From NCBI RefSeq assembly GCF_009914755.1, contig NC_060926.1: 64,000 nt of DNA. One strand, given 5' to 3'. Shown here piece by piece: positions 1 to 13,150 of the stretch; within the stretch, counting starts at the first letter, position 1, and the number at the start of each line of letters is the position of its first letter. A program made the translations under genes and the position numbers. The stretch comes from the human T2T-CHM13v2.0 reference genome, Homo sapiens. The notes under the pieces are model-generated. The model did not search any database. It worked only from the letters and a program-made list of their open reading frames with translations, and was not told the DNA's origin.

Positions 1-749
1 TTGTAGCTATAATTTTGTATCTTTTAACAAATCTCTCCCTGTTCCTCCCCCTATTCTACCCAGGCTCTAGTATCCTCTGTTATACTTTTTACTTCTGTGA
101 GATCAACATTTTTTTAGCTTCCACATAAGAGTGAGAAGAACAGGCAGTGTTTAAGTCTGTTCCTAGCTTATTTCACTTAACATAATGCCCTTTAAGTCCA
201 TCCATGTTGCCTTGAATAACAAAATTGTATTCTTTTTATGGCCACATGGTATTCCACTGTGAATATATACCACATTTTCTTTATTCATTTATCTATTGTT
301 GGACACCTAGGCTAATTCCATATCTTGGCTATTAGAAATAGTACTGCCGTGAACATGGGGATGCAGATGTCTCTTTGAAATACGTATTTTCTTTTTCTTG
401 GATAAATTCCCAGTAGTGGGATTGCTACATCATATGGTGGTTCTATTTGTGGTTTTATTTATTTATTTATTTATTTTTTTTAGGAATTTTTACATTGTTC
501 TCTATAGTGGCCGTACTAGTTTACATTGCCACCCACAGTATATAAGAGTATGCTTGTCTCTGCATTCTTGCCAGCATTTGTTATTTATTGTCTTTGATAA
601 TAGTCATCCCAACTGGGATGAAACAATAACTCATTGTGATTCTCATTTCCATTTAACTAATTATTAGTGATGTTGAGCATTTTTTCGTATTTTTTTGCCA
701 TTTGTAATATTCTTTTGAAAAATATCTGTTCATATTTTGGCCCATTTTT
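1..749 (-). mobile_element. Old L1 (L1MA-like) 3' portion, interrupted at ~749 by a younger L1PA
   Basis: Diverged antisense L1 3'UTR/ORF2-end motifs (ttccacataagagtgag, ttccatatcttggctatt, gtgatgttgagcatttt). The sequence resumes colinearly at 2297. Confidence 0.8.
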
Positions 750-1674
750 GAAATTTTGTTATATTTTATTTTTTAAGTCCCGGGGTACATGTGCAGGATG
801 TGCAGGTTTGTTAAATAAGTAAGTGTGCGCCATGGTGGTTTGCTGCATTTATCAACCCATCACCTAGGTGTTAAGCCAAGCATGTATTAACTCTTTTTCC
901 TAATGCTCTCCCTACCCCATTGACCTTCCCCCACAGGCCCCAGTGTATGTTGTTCCCTTCCCTGTGTCCATGTGTTCTTTTTTCAGCCCCCACTTATAAG
1001 TGAGAACATGTGGTGTTTGGTTTTCTGTTCCTGCATCAGTTTGCTAAGGATAATGACTTCCAGCTTCATCTATGTCCCTGCAAAGGTCATGATCTAGTTT
1101 CTTTTCATGGCTGCATAGCATTCCATGATGTATATATACCATATTTTCTTTATCCAGTCTTTCACTGATGGGCATTTGGGTTGATTCCATGTCTTTGCTA
1201 TTGTGAATAATGCTGCAATGAACATATACATGCATGTATCTTTATAATAGAATAATTTATATTCCTTTGGAATATAAATTGTTCATTGAACAAATGAATC
1301 CTTGATAGCAGCTACACCAGTAATGGACTTGCTGGGTCAAATGGTATTTCTGGTTCTAAATATTTGAGGAATTGCCACTTCTGTCTTCCATAATGGCTGA
1401 ACTAATTTATATTCCCACCAACAGTGTAAAAGTGTTCCTATTTCTCCACAACCTCACCAGCATCTGTTGTTTCTTGACTTTTTAATAATCGCCATTCTGA
1501 CTGGCATGAGATGGTGTCTCATTGTGGTTTTGATTTGCATTTCTCTAATGATCAGTGATGTTAAGCTTTTTTTCCATATGTTTGTCAGCTGCATGTATGT
1601 CCTCTTTTGAGAAGTGTCTGTTCATGACCTTTGCCTACTTTTTAATAGGGTTGTTTGTTTTTTCTTGTAAATTT
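750..1674 (-). mobile_element. L1PA (approx. L1PA8-L1PA13) 3' end, non-inverted part of a twin-primed insertion
   Basis: T-rich tail, then ggggtacatgtgcaggatgtgcaggtttgtt...aagccaagcatgtatta and ORF2 C-terminal sequence. Degenerate TSD attttggcccattttt (734-749) / atttttgcctattttt (2297-2312). Confidence 0.85.
1283..1319 (-). other. Candidate micro-NUMT (mitochondrial 16S rRNA fragment) inserted in L1
   Basis: Non-L1 insert whose reverse complement TGGTGTAGCTGCTATCAAGGATTCATTTGTTCAATGA matches recalled human mt-16S TGGTGCAGCCGCTATTAAAGGTTCGTTTGTTCAACGA at 30/37. All mismatches are transitions. Confidence 0.65.
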
Positions 1675-2296
1675 ACATTCCATGCTCATGGATAGGAGGA
1701 ATCAATATTGTGAAAATGGCCATACTGCCCTAATCAATTTATAGATTCAGTGCTATCACCATTAAACTACTATTGACAGTCTTCACAGAATTAGGAAAAA
1801 CTATTTTAAAATTCATATGAAACCAAAAAAGAGCTTGTATAGTCAGGACAATCCTAAGCAAAAGAACAAAGCTGGAGGCAGTGTGCTACCTAACTTAAAA
1901 CTATACTACAAAGCTACAGTAACCAAAACAGCATGGTAGTGGTACAAAAATGAGCATAGACTAGTAAAACAGAATAGAGAACTCAGAAATAAAACCACAC
2001 ATCTATAACCATCTGATTATTGACAAACCTCACCAAAAAAAAACCAAGGCAGGAAGAATCCCTATTTAACAAATGGTACTGAGAGAACAGGCTAGCCATA
2101 AGCAGAAAATTAAAACTGAACACCTTCCTTACACATTTTACAAAAATTAAAGATGGATTAAAGACCTAAATTTAAAACCCAAAACTATAAAAACCCTAGA
2201 AGAAAATCTAGGCAATAGCATTCAGGACAAAGGCCAGGACAAAGATTAACAAAAGCAAAAATTGACAGATGGGATCCAAGTAAACTAATTAAAGAG
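1675..2296 (+). mobile_element. Inverted L1 ORF2 segment of the same twin-primed L1PA insertion
   Basis: The strand switches abruptly at ~1675 to sense ORF2 sequence (acattccatgctcatggatagga...ctaattaaagag), which ends at the second TSD copy. Confidence 0.85.
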
Positions 2297-3337
2297 ATTT
2301 TTGCCTATTTTTTAATCAGATGTTTTCTTTTGAGATTTTTTGTTGTTGCGATGTTTGAGTTCCTTGTATATTCTGTATATTAATTTCTCGTCAGATAAAT
2401 TGTTTGCAAATATCGTCTTCTTTTCTATAGGTTGTCTTTTCACCCTGTTGACTGTTTTTATTGCTGTCCAGAAGCATTTTCGTTTGTTATAATTCCACTT
2501 GTTTACTTTGCTTTTGTTGCCTGTATTTTTGAGATCTTATTCATAAAATCTCCCTAGACCAACATTCTGCAGTGTTTCTCCTATGTATGTTTTCTTCCAA
2601 TAATGTTATAATTTTAGGTCTTACATTTAGATCTTTAATGCATTTCGAATTGATTTTTGTATAGGTTGAGAAGTGGTAGTCTGGTTTTTTCATCTGAATA
2701 CGAATGTGCAGTTTTCCCCACACCATTTATGGAAGAGACTGTCTTTTCTCTAATAAATGTTCTTGGCACCTTTGTGAAAAATGAGTTCACTGTAGGTGTG
2801 TGGATTTGTTTCTGGGCTCTCTATTCTGTTCTCTTGGTCAGTGTGCCTGTTTTTATGCCAGCACCATGCTCTTCTGATTACTACAGCTTTGTAGTGTATT
2901 TTAAGACTGGCAGTGTGATGGTTCCAGTTTGTTCTTTTTGCTCAGATTCCTTTGGGCATTCAAGGTGTTTCATGGTATAATACAAATTTTAACAATTATT
3001 TTGATTTTTCTATGAAGAATGTCATTGGTTTTTTGATAGGGATTGGACCAAATCTGTAGGTTGCTTTGCATGGTATGATCATTTTAGCAATATTAATTAT
3101 TCCAATCCATGAACATAGATGTCTTTCCATTTGGTTTTACCCTCTTCAATTTCTTTTATCAGTGTTTTGTAGTTTTCCTTGTAGAGCTATTTTATCTGCT
3201 TGGTTAAAATTTATTCCTAGGTTTTTTTTTTTCTTAAGCTATTGTAAATGGGATTGCCTTCTTGAATATTTTCAGCTAGTTTATTGTTCATGTATAGAAA
3301 TGCACTAATTTTTCTGTGTTGACTTTGTATCCTGCAA
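2297..3337 (-). mobile_element. Old L1 (L1MA-like) ORF2 remnant, continuation of 1-749
   Basis: Antisense ORF2 similarity; ORF 2541-2726 contains [17 protein letters not shown]. Confidence 0.8.
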
Positions 3338-3354
3338 AAACCTTTCAATTTCTT

Positions 3355-3666
3355 TTTCTTTTTCTTTTCTTTCTTTTTTTTTTTTTTTGAGACAGTCTCC
3401 CTCTGTCGCCAGGCTGGAGTGCATTTGGCGCCATCTCGGCTCACTGCAACCTCCGCCTCCCCAGTTCAAGTAGTTCTCCTGCCTCAGCCTCTTGAGTAGC
3501 TGGAACTATAGGCATGCACCACCATGCCCTGCTAATTTTTGTATTTTTAGTAGAGATGGGGTTTCACCGTGTTGGCTAGGATGGTCCCTATCTCTTGACT
3601 TCGTGATCCACCTGCCTCAGCCTCCCAAAGTGCTGGGATTACAGACGTGAGCCAATGCACCTGGCC
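3355..3666 (-). mobile_element. AluSc-like SINE
   Basis: Full dimeric Alu with gtcgccagg and gacttcgtgatc diagnostics. TSD aaacctttcaatttctt (3338-3354) / aaagctttcaatttctt (3667-3683). Confidence 0.92.
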
Positions 3667-4754
3667 AAAGCTTTCAATTTCTTATGCATAACAGAAGTTC
3701 TGGTTCACAGTAAGCTTGCCTCAATATGCAAATGTTGAGATATTGAACAAAAGCAAGAAATGAAGAAAGAACATTTCAATAGATCACGCAGAGTTAATTT
3801 CCTTAAAAATGGATTATCCAAAAGGCAAATGTGATCAAATGCCTTGGACCACCTTCACATTACAGCCCCAAAATGGCTATTGATAAAATGGGAATACTGC
3901 TCTTCCATTAGCTTGACATAGATAAGAAAATTCAGTTTTCTTATGGCATAGTGTCTGTATTTGCTGTCCATGATTTCCATTAACAGAGCGTTTTGGACTG
4001 GGGGAAAAGTAAGATTATATTTTCATCTCAGGACCTAGGAGTAACACCTTATCAGATCAAGGTCAAAACTAAGCAGATAGTGACAATGTAATGAATGTTG
4101 AAACTGAAGTTTAAGGTTACCCACTTAAAAACGTTTAAGAGCTAATGATTTTTTCATCATTATAGACACAGAGATGTTTTATAAATGTGTGATTGAAGAG
4201 CCTGAGGAAGATACGAAATGAAGTCAAGATAAACTGAAATGAATATCAAGGAGGCATGATTAGATTCTGATTGTGACTAAGAAAGCTTAAATCTAATCAC
4301 CATTACTACAATCAAAACAAAACGAATATTTTTAAATGGAATGAGAGTAAACTTCAAGAAATTTCTAGTACTTTCCATAAGAAGAGAGTATGCCAATTAG
4401 CTGATCTGAAGGACTAGTCCATTTAGAAGGTTTACACTTATCATACAGATGGCTGTCTTGAGTTTAAATATTTTGAAGCCATTAGCCATTAATATTTCTC
4501 TGTTTTTATTTTAATTGAATCACATTGTTTCCCCATAAAATTTCTGTGTCTGTGGACTATATAATCATTCTACCCATGAAGCATCTGGACAGAGAGAGAA
4601 AAATTAAATTTGTGCATCTAAAAAGCTAAAGACAAGACCCAGGCATGTGTTACACACAAAGTAGAGCCAAGCTATTGGCTTTGTTTAGGCAGGGAGGAGA
4701 ATTTCCTTGGATTATACCTCCAGTAACAGAGCAAGGCTCTTCAACTTCGAGATG

Positions 4755-4871
4755 AGATATAGATATAGATATAGATATAGATATAGATATAGATATAGAT
4801 ATAGATATATGTATATGTGTGTATATATATGTGTATATATACACATATATACGTATATATATATATATATA
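4755..4871. repeat. Compound microsatellite (AGATAT)9 followed by an imperfect (TA)/(TG) tract
   Basis: Nine perfect AGATAT units at 4755-4808, then tatgtgtgtatatata... to 4871. Confidence 0.95.
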
Positions 4872-6083
4872 GTGGGAGACAGAGAAAGCAGAAAAGGGTT
4901 AGATAATTTAGAAGAGAAAAATTAGTTAAGGAACACATAATATTTAATATAATCACTATGTTGGGTATTGCTTCCTCATTTAAATTTGTGAGGAGTGCCT
5001 CTATCTTGTTGCCACAATCAATGCTAATGGAGTGTAAAGAGTTTATATTCCTAGCTATAATTCACACAGGCAGCCAGCCTGGCTATTTGGGTAAGCTTGG
5101 GCTCCTCTCATCTTCCGATCTTGAGCAATGTGTGTACACGTATGGCACTGTGTGTATATGTGTGTGCTACCGTGTGTGTGCCTGTGTGTGCGATTACATT
5201 TATATGATCAAAGCTTTTGTGAAACGGGATATAAAATAGGAAATCTAGGAGATGCTCCATGTTTTCGGTCCAAAAACACATGCACAATTCAAAGAAGAGT
5301 TAAGTTTATATATATACACAGACATACTAGCACACTTTTTTTTTTAACTGAACAGAAAAAAATCAACAATGATTACACATAAGAGGGCATTCATGGGAAG
5401 GAATACAGAATTATCCAAGGACTAATTTCTACTACAATTCTTGCCCAGGAAAACTCTCCTAACACCTACAAATACATTTTCTAAATAGGGAGCAATCATC
5501 TTAAATTTATTACTTTGTCCCTCTGGGTAATGTCATACCTTTCCTTTGCTGAACCATCTTTCATATATGGCTAGATGAAACCTTGTCTCTGGAGATGGAC
5601 ATGGGGATTCATTAGAGAAGAAGAAATGGAAGGCATTATCTCTTTATGTAACCCAGTCTTATGAGACTGTGGTCAAAGTTCAAGTTAGTAACAGTTTGGT
5701 TTAATGGTCATTGGAGAGTGATAAGAAGAATGCATCAGAGAGGAATATATTCCAGAACACAGCTTTCCACCTGGATTATTATTTTATTGAGACTATAAAA
5801 GGATTCTGTCTTTATGAGTCGCTGTGTGTACAAATCTCATCTCACAGGTTCTGAAGAGCCTGAATGTCAGTGGTGATTCATTTCCACACTACCATCTTAA
5901 TGGTCAGACTGTTTATGTGACTGGAAAGGATTCACAAAGAAACAATGACTCATGAGAAGCTAGTAGATGTGAACAAGCTTATGGTGCATTTTTAGTTTAT
6001 GGACTAAAAATTTGAGATTTAAGTTTTAAGTTGAAGAAAGAGATGTTTAGAAATTGCGGATGTATTATTTTCGCTTAAGAACA

Positions 6084-6404
6084 CAGTCGGCCCCTGTATT
6101 CATAGCTTCTGCACCTGTGGATTCAATATCAGTGCCAAAAATATTTCTAAAAATCAATGATAATAAAAATAATAATACAACAATAAAACAATACAAAATA
6201 AAAACTCAGCACAGTATAACTATTTACAAAACATTTACATTGCTGTGGTTATTATAAGTAATCTAGAGATGATTTAAACTACATGAGAGGATATATGTAG
6301 GTTACATGCAAATATTATGCCATTTTATACAAGGCACCTGAGCATTGACAGATTTTGTTACCTGAATGGGTTCCTGGAATCAATCCCCCACAGATACTGA
6401 GGGA
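6084..6404 (-). mobile_element. MER2 (TcMar-Tigger non-autonomous DNA transposon)
   Basis: cagtcggccc terminus; internal attataagtaatctagagatgatttaaa and ggttacatgcaaata; end ttcctggaatcaatcccccacagatactgaggga. Confidence 0.85.
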
Positions 6405-7065
6405 GGGGGTAAATTAGGACTAATTTACCCCTAAAGTCTCTTCCAGATTTATAATTGTTTTACTATGTAATTGCTAAATTATCATCCTGCTAAAATTAAC
6501 ATGAAATTTCAATCTTAATTCCTTGGAATATCAAGTGATCAGATAAATAAATATGATGTACACATCAAACAATTCTACTTATATTTTTAAAAAATGTTGT
6601 AAACTTAAAAATATGGCAGACAATTGAAATTCTTGTAATGACTTGTAAAAGAATCCTCTTATTTTTAGTGCTACTTACAGGTTCGTGTTAAATGTTATAT
6701 GAAGCCATTGGCTCATAAGTATGTATGTTTTTTAGCCTACTCTATTTGTTCAGCTCTATTGTTACCTTTAAAATCCTTATCCACTTGGGACCATTGTGCG
6801 TGTACTAGGCTCTACTTCAAAATATGACCCCCAGATCTTTTGCTTACAAGTTTTTGTCTTATTTATTATGTTACATCATTAGATGGGAAAAAGGCTTTAC
6901 ACATAAACACAGAGGAAATTGCATATCATGAGGTTATTTTTGACAAGCCACAGAATATATGCATAACCTCTAAATTAAAAAGCAATGTGATAATAAAAAC
7001 AAATATTCTGAGAACTTGACATAAACTATTCTGATTTCTTGGGCCTAATTTAATGCACTTTCTTC

Positions 7066-7207
7066 CTTTACTCTCTTTTTTTTTGGTTTCTTTTCTATTT
7101 TCTTTTTTTTTCTTTCCAAATTTTATTTTAGGTTCAAGGGGTACATATACAGGTGTGTTACATGCGTAAACAGCATGTTGCAGGTGTTTCGTATACAAAT
7201 AATTTCA
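7066..7207 (-). mobile_element. Short L1 (L1PB/late L1PA-like) 3' tail fragment
   Basis: T-rich tail followed by ttttattttaggttcaaggggtacatatacaggtgtgttacatg. Confidence 0.65.
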
Positions 7208-8149
7208 AGTACTCAGAATTTTGGAGGGAGAGGTTAAATCCAGAAGTCTTCCCTTTCCCTGTGCCTTTTCTATATAATCTCCATGCTCTGAGAGAAGTCT
7301 CATGTTATTTTTCTGATTTTAGGAGAATGATTAGGCAACATTTGTTAGTGTGCAGGATTCCAGTACACCAACAGATTCTGTACATAACAATAGTGCTTTT
7401 GCTAGGATCCTCTTCCAAATTGGTAAGAGCAGTTAGTTACCCCACTTAAGGCCTGTTCATACTAGTTCTTCTTGCATCACACAAGAAGTTTAAACAAAGG
7501 TTTTCATATGACTTTGTACTTCAGGCTGGCTGGTCCTCAGAGTTGTGTTTGAGTTTGAGGTTGAAATGTTAGAGATACTTGTTACTCACTAAGTGACATA
7601 CTTTTAACCAGAGAGACCTGAATCCAGATTTCAGGTACTAGCTCAAATCTTAGTAAACAGGATTTAATATTTGTGTTTGCCATTGCTTGCTTATTGCTCT
7701 TTGTGTATAATTCTCCCTTCAGTATCATGGTATAAGAAATGCAGAGGCCAGAGTAAAAAAAAAATTACGAAAATTTAAATATTCAGGATACATGTGAAGG
7801 TGAAAAGAAGAGTCTCAAGAACTATACAGAGAATGGCAAGATCACCACTCCAAATTCTTAAAAGTCATTAAGAAACCATGGGATGGCAAATGACCTTCTT
7901 CAGTAAAGGAGGCAATGAATATACTGTATGTGGATTGTCTCCAAAGAATGTAGAAATAATGTAGTACAATTCATTGTTTTGATGAAATAGTTCTCTTAAC
8001 TGATTTTACATTCACCTGTTATAAACCAGCTGGAACAGCTTAATTAGCTTCTTGGCAAAGCTAAAGCTAATTTTTTCATTTTTATTATTTTCTGCTTTTC
8101 CCTCATAAGCAAACCTTTCCTCCATCTTCAACTCACTGCCTGTAATAGA

Positions 8150-8275
8150 CTTTTGTTACTCAAATTGCACTACATAAACCAGCAGCACTGACATCAGCTG
8201 GGAACTTGTGAGAAATGGTGAATGCAGGACCCACACAACAGCTACTGGACCAGTCTGTTTTTTAAACATCAACCT
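8150..8275. mobile_element. MER5A-like hAT-Charlie fragment
   Basis: accagcagcactgacatcagctgggaacttgtgagaaatg resembles the MER5A core. Confidence 0.55.
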
Positions 8276-9929
8276 GGATAAGAAGTGGCACAGTAGAAAA
8301 ATAAGTGGTGCAATAGCAGTGTGATGCTGCTATGATCTTTGCCTGCAGTGGTAATAGTGAATCTTGATTGTGATATTTATTGGAGATAATATGTTATTTT
8401 TTTTGTTTAGAATAATTAATGATAAAAGTAGATAATTTGGGCCTCATTTTGTCAACCTGATTTTGTATGTGTCCTTCTAACAAGTTTTGGAATTTGACAA
8501 GTGTGATATTTGAATGAGAATGATACAAAAACCTGAAAACAACTTTGAAGATGCTAGGGAAGTTATTTATGTTCTAGTAGAAGATGGCGCAAACTCTTGC
8601 ACTTTAAAAAAGAAAGAAAATGTCTCTTGTATCCTGAATGATGACTGGAACTCAGCTGCTTAAGAAAATTTGGAAAGATCATTAATTTTTGTCTTATTTC
8701 TCCAATTGGAAAAGGAATAGTTTTGTTTTACAACTTTAATTTCAGTGTGGGAACTTGATGATAGAAAATGTTTCATATTATTCTCAAATAGTATGCTGTA
8801 TATTACTGGCATTATATTTCTTTTAGCAGAAAAGAAATGTCTTACACTCTGTCTTTTCTAGAATCTAGTTTGTATATTTTAAGTCTATAATATACAATGA
8901 TTCAAGGTACAAGATTAACAGGAAATAGATTTTTATCCTAGAAGATAATGTGATCTTTATGTCCATTTTGTTCCCATTTTATTATACCACCTTTTGAAAT
9001 TTATACCAATGAGAAACAACAGCAACAACAAAAACCAAAAAAACCCCTCCATGAGATATTGAATTTCCACTTCATAAGACCTAGATGGATACATGGGGAC
9101 ACTTCCAGAAAAGTCCTCCCCCAAAGAGAAGAGCCCCAAATTAGCAGTTAAAAATAAACATAGCTCTTTGGCCTCTGATTCTTCAGAGAGAATGATTTCA
9201 TGGGAACATTGATTAGGGAAAAGAAAAAAAAAAAAGGATCTACTTTCATCACTTTCTCTTTTCTTAATTGGGCTTCATTTGCAGTAAGACCTAGAAAATA
9301 GACTCACTAGATTCTAGTAGTCTCATTGGACCATGCTTATTCGAGAACTATGAAGTAAACACAGCCTGGTGGTTCATGTAGGACATGTGATGAAATTTCA
9401 CCTAATTTGAACTAAAATGATGCAATGATTGCATGTTCAAAGCCTTAAGTATCACAATATGAATTTTACTTTCATTTGTTAATAGACAGACCTTGAATAA
9501 TTCTATATCTTAAAGTTTCCTAATCTATTTCAGTGGTCAGAAGTAGAATAATTTTGGAGTAAGCATCTCTGGAAACAGGCAAAGTAAGTCAGAATTTATT
9601 ATTAAATACCTAGTGTAAAATGATAACATTGAATTAGGAATGATGACTACAGGGAGGAAGTAGAGTAAAGATTGTAGATGCCATTTTCATCAGAGGAAAG
9701 GAAGGACAGGGACTTCATTTTGGAGCAATTTGCTAATGATGAGGCACCGATGGTACTGCTAAGAAAACTGGTTGAGGACAGTGAAGATGTTCAGTCCTTA
9801 GGCTGTGGATGTGTCAGTGGTTAAAGAGGTAAAAACACCCAGTAGAACTGGGGTTAAGTTACAATGATAAAAATCAGATAATTTAATTATATGGAAGTGA
9901 TTAAAGGAAATTAGAAAAATAATTTAGAA

Positions 9930-10050
9930 TAGAGGGACGAGAGAAGAGCAGGGGAGGGAATGGAAAGGGAAGAGGCAGAAAGAGAGGAAAGGGAATAAAG
10001 AAGGAGGGAAAAGAAAGGAAAGAAAGAAAAGAAAGGAAGGAGAAGAGGTA
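9930..10050. repeat. GA-rich low-complexity polypurine tract
   Basis: Near-pure A/G run (gagaagagcaggggagggaatggaaagggaag...aagaaagaaaagaaagg). Confidence 0.85.
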
Positions 10051-11869
10051 TGAGAAAACCTATGAAGTGATAAGAAGAGATTAATCTCAGTTTGGGGGCA
10101 TACAAAGTTGAGAGACATGAAAAAGGAAAAAGAAAGCAGGATTTTTTTAGTTGCTCTTGATAATCTAAAGAGTATCAAGGTCAAGGGTCACAAAAAACGT
10201 AAAAGGAGAAAAATTTTAGAAAAATCAAACAAAAATCTGGTAGTGTCAAATTCTGCCAACAAATTAGGGAAGATGTAGACAGAGAAAGGCCCATAGGATT
10301 TGGGAATTTGGCAATTTGATCTGTACTGATTGAATGAGAGAGATTATGCAGTAGAATGATGAGGAAGACAGATTACTGGGCATGAGGAGATAATCAATAG
10401 TGATTATTTAGAAGAGACAAGAAAGAATAAACTTAAGATGGAAAAATAGGATATCATAAGGAAGAAAAAAGTACATAGTGTATGACATATGAAGAGCTTT
10501 GAGCTAAAAAGCCATGTGCCTTGGAAGGATAGAACCTATAAGATAAAATCTCTGTCCTGAAAAACCTTACATTCTACTAGGATGGTAACATGAGTCTCTA
10601 CATTGCAATGTAAGTATATGATAAATATCAAGAGGCTTCATTTACTTGCATGCTCTCTTCCTCCTTCCATGCCTACTGTGTAAACATAGCTCTCCATATT
10701 TATTGCTTGTATTTTTGCAATAGACTTATAACTTATTTTAGTCTCATGCCATTCTCTAACCTGATTCACAATTATGGAGCCCTTTATATACCCACATGGA
10801 TCTTTTTGCTTTTCAAATTAGTAAGTGGAGGTCAAGGGTGCCAGATGCTGCAATGCATGGAGCAATCCTATACAACTAAGGCTTGTCCTGTATGACTCAA
10901 GATTTGCAAATGTCCAAACAGGCTAAAACCATAACAAATACAGACTGGGATGACTATAGAACATAATAATCTGAGAGAGCTGTTAGCAAGAGTTATATAA
11001 AAAGCTTAGTAGATTAGAGAATGTTGTTGAAAGTGAACTTGTATGAAAAAAAGACGTTAAAATTTATTGAATAGAATATGTATTTATTCTATTTTTTGGT
11101 GTATTATAGCATCTCCAGTCACACCTTTAATTGAAAAGATTTTCAGTACAGTACAGAAGTGCAATTAGTATAAACTCAATGAAACCAATTGCAAATTCAT
11201 AACGGTAGAGGTTTTTAAACTCCTTTTGACAGATTTTTAAATGTGTTATAAATCAATAAAGATACATGAAAATAAGGTATTCCATGAATTTCATTTATAA
11301 AGTTTGTTTAAAAAATAATGCATATTATTGCATTCCTATTAATATATTTAGAAATTTGTAATGAAATGATAAGTAACAAGATTTGTAAAAATTGAATATG
11401 GAAGAATTTGATTTAATATAGCCTCATTTGTTATCTTTCTCTGATATTATCTCCAAAAGTCTCTCATATACCTCTTCTGTGGTTTTTGGTATTTACTATT
11501 TTTCTTCTTGTTTCATCTATTATTCTTTGTTGTTTAGAGAACGATATAGTCTTCAGTGTCTTTTTAAGCAGTAGAGACTTAAAGCATGTCCTGATGTGAG
11601 GAGGACTTTTAAGACAGATTATAATGTTTCATCATTGCCCTAACCCATGTCATGAACATAGATAATTATTTTGACACTATGTTTATCTATAAATTAGTCG
11701 TAATTCATTTGACAGAATATTATACGTATTTGTTTTCTTCACTCTGACTGTGATTTTTTTTTTTTTTTGGTGTGACTCCGTCTATAGTGCTCTGTGTCTA
11801 TTTCTATCTCTCGTTACCACTTTAGTTTTAACTTTGGTTTCTAAATATTAACTGCCATTATTTTATTTT

Positions 11870-12500
11870 CATATTCATTGAGCACATACTATGTGCCATA
11901 AACATGTGAGATACTAACTATATAACCCAAACAAAAAAGACAAATCTCTCTTCTCACAGAGCATGCATTCTAGCATGGGAGAAAGAGCATAAACAAATAA
12001 ATGGGTTGAAAAGTGTGTAAGTGGTGATAATTGCTGCGGAGAAAAATAAAACAAGGCAAAAGGAACTGGGAAAAGAAATGTTCACATTTTATACAGGGTG
12101 ATTAGGGAATCTCTTGCTGATATTTAAGCTTAATTAAGAGGAAATGAGAAAGAGAAATATGTGGTTATCAGGGCCAGGCAATAGCAATTTCAAAGTCCTA
12201 AGGCAGGAAGGCACCTGACATCTTCATAAAAACCACAAGAAGAGAGAAAAACTGGAGCAAAGTATGTTAATTGAGAAAGAAGGTTGGAGAATTGCCAGGG
12301 ACAGAGGATGAAGGATTTGAAAACCACCATAAGAACTTTAGTTTAATGTTCAGCATAAAATGAGAAGTCAAGGACAGAATTGTAGTAGAGTGGCATAATC
12401 TGACTTAACATTTTTAAAGGATGACTCTGGCTTCTATTTTGAAAACTGTCTTAAAGCTAGGATATAAGGAGAGAGACCAGGTACATGGCTATACCAGTAT
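11870..12500 (-). mobile_element. L2 3' fragment
   Basis: ttcattgagcacatactatgtgcca...agacaaatctctcttctcacagagc...atctgacttaacatttttaaaggatgactctggct. Confidence 0.65.
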
Positions 12501-12518
12501 ATATCACAAGAAAAATAA

Positions 12519-12877
12519 TAGGTTGGGTATTTATTATTTAAAATGTTTGGAACCAGAAATACTTCCGATTTCGGATTTTTTTATTTTGGAATATTTGCAT
12601 ATGAATAATTACATATCTTGGGGTTGGGACTCAAGTCTAAACACAAAATTTGTTTATGTTTCACATACACCCTGTACACATAGGCTGAAGGTAACTTTAT
12701 ACAATATTTTAAATAATTTTATGCATGAAACAAAGTTTTAACTGCATTTTGACTACATCCTGACATATGAGGTCAGGTGTGGAATTTTCCACTTGTGGCA
12801 TCAGGTTGGCATTTGAAAAGTATCACATTTTAGAGGATTTCAGATTTCAAATGTTTGGAGTAGGGATGCTCAACCTG
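12519..12877 (+). mobile_element. Tigger4b/MER46 (Zombi) DNA transposon
   Basis: TIRs aggttgggtat... / ...agggatgctcaacctg followed by TA; internal gatttcggattttttattttggaatatttgcat. Confidence 0.85.
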
Positions 12878-13029
12878 TAATACATAATTAGGAAAGTTCT
12901 CTACTTACTTTCATATGTAGCTTTGTGAGTGTTTACTAACTGAATGTCTAATGATGACTTCTGTGTTTTAAATTCAAGCAGTAATTGGCTAGACAGTACT
13001 ACCTTGCTATCTTTGCTTATAGCAACTAT

Positions 13030-13150
13030 TATTTCATTAAATATTTATTGGAGACTTGAAATGTGCCAGACATTGTGCTGGGCACTAAAGATAAAATAGC
13101 AAGTAAAACATGCACACTCTTTATATCCATAGACCTTATATTCTACTAGA
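13030..13150 (-). mobile_element. L2 3' terminal fragment
   Basis: ttcattaaatatttattggagacttgaaatgtgccagacattgtgctgggcact. Confidence 0.6.

Noticed and set aside
4650-5382. ORFs with RYRYRY, ISISIS or VCVC runs
   Set aside because: They are translations of microsatellites.
9911-10184. Hydrophobic F/L/S-rich ORFs (also 42437-42724 and 49323-49550)
   Set aside because: They are artefacts of purine-rich or AT-rich low-complexity tracts.
10770-11250. Possible ancient hAT/MER20B-like element (and MLT1-like traces near 45760-46200)
   Set aside because: The similarity is too faint to name or bound reliably by eye.
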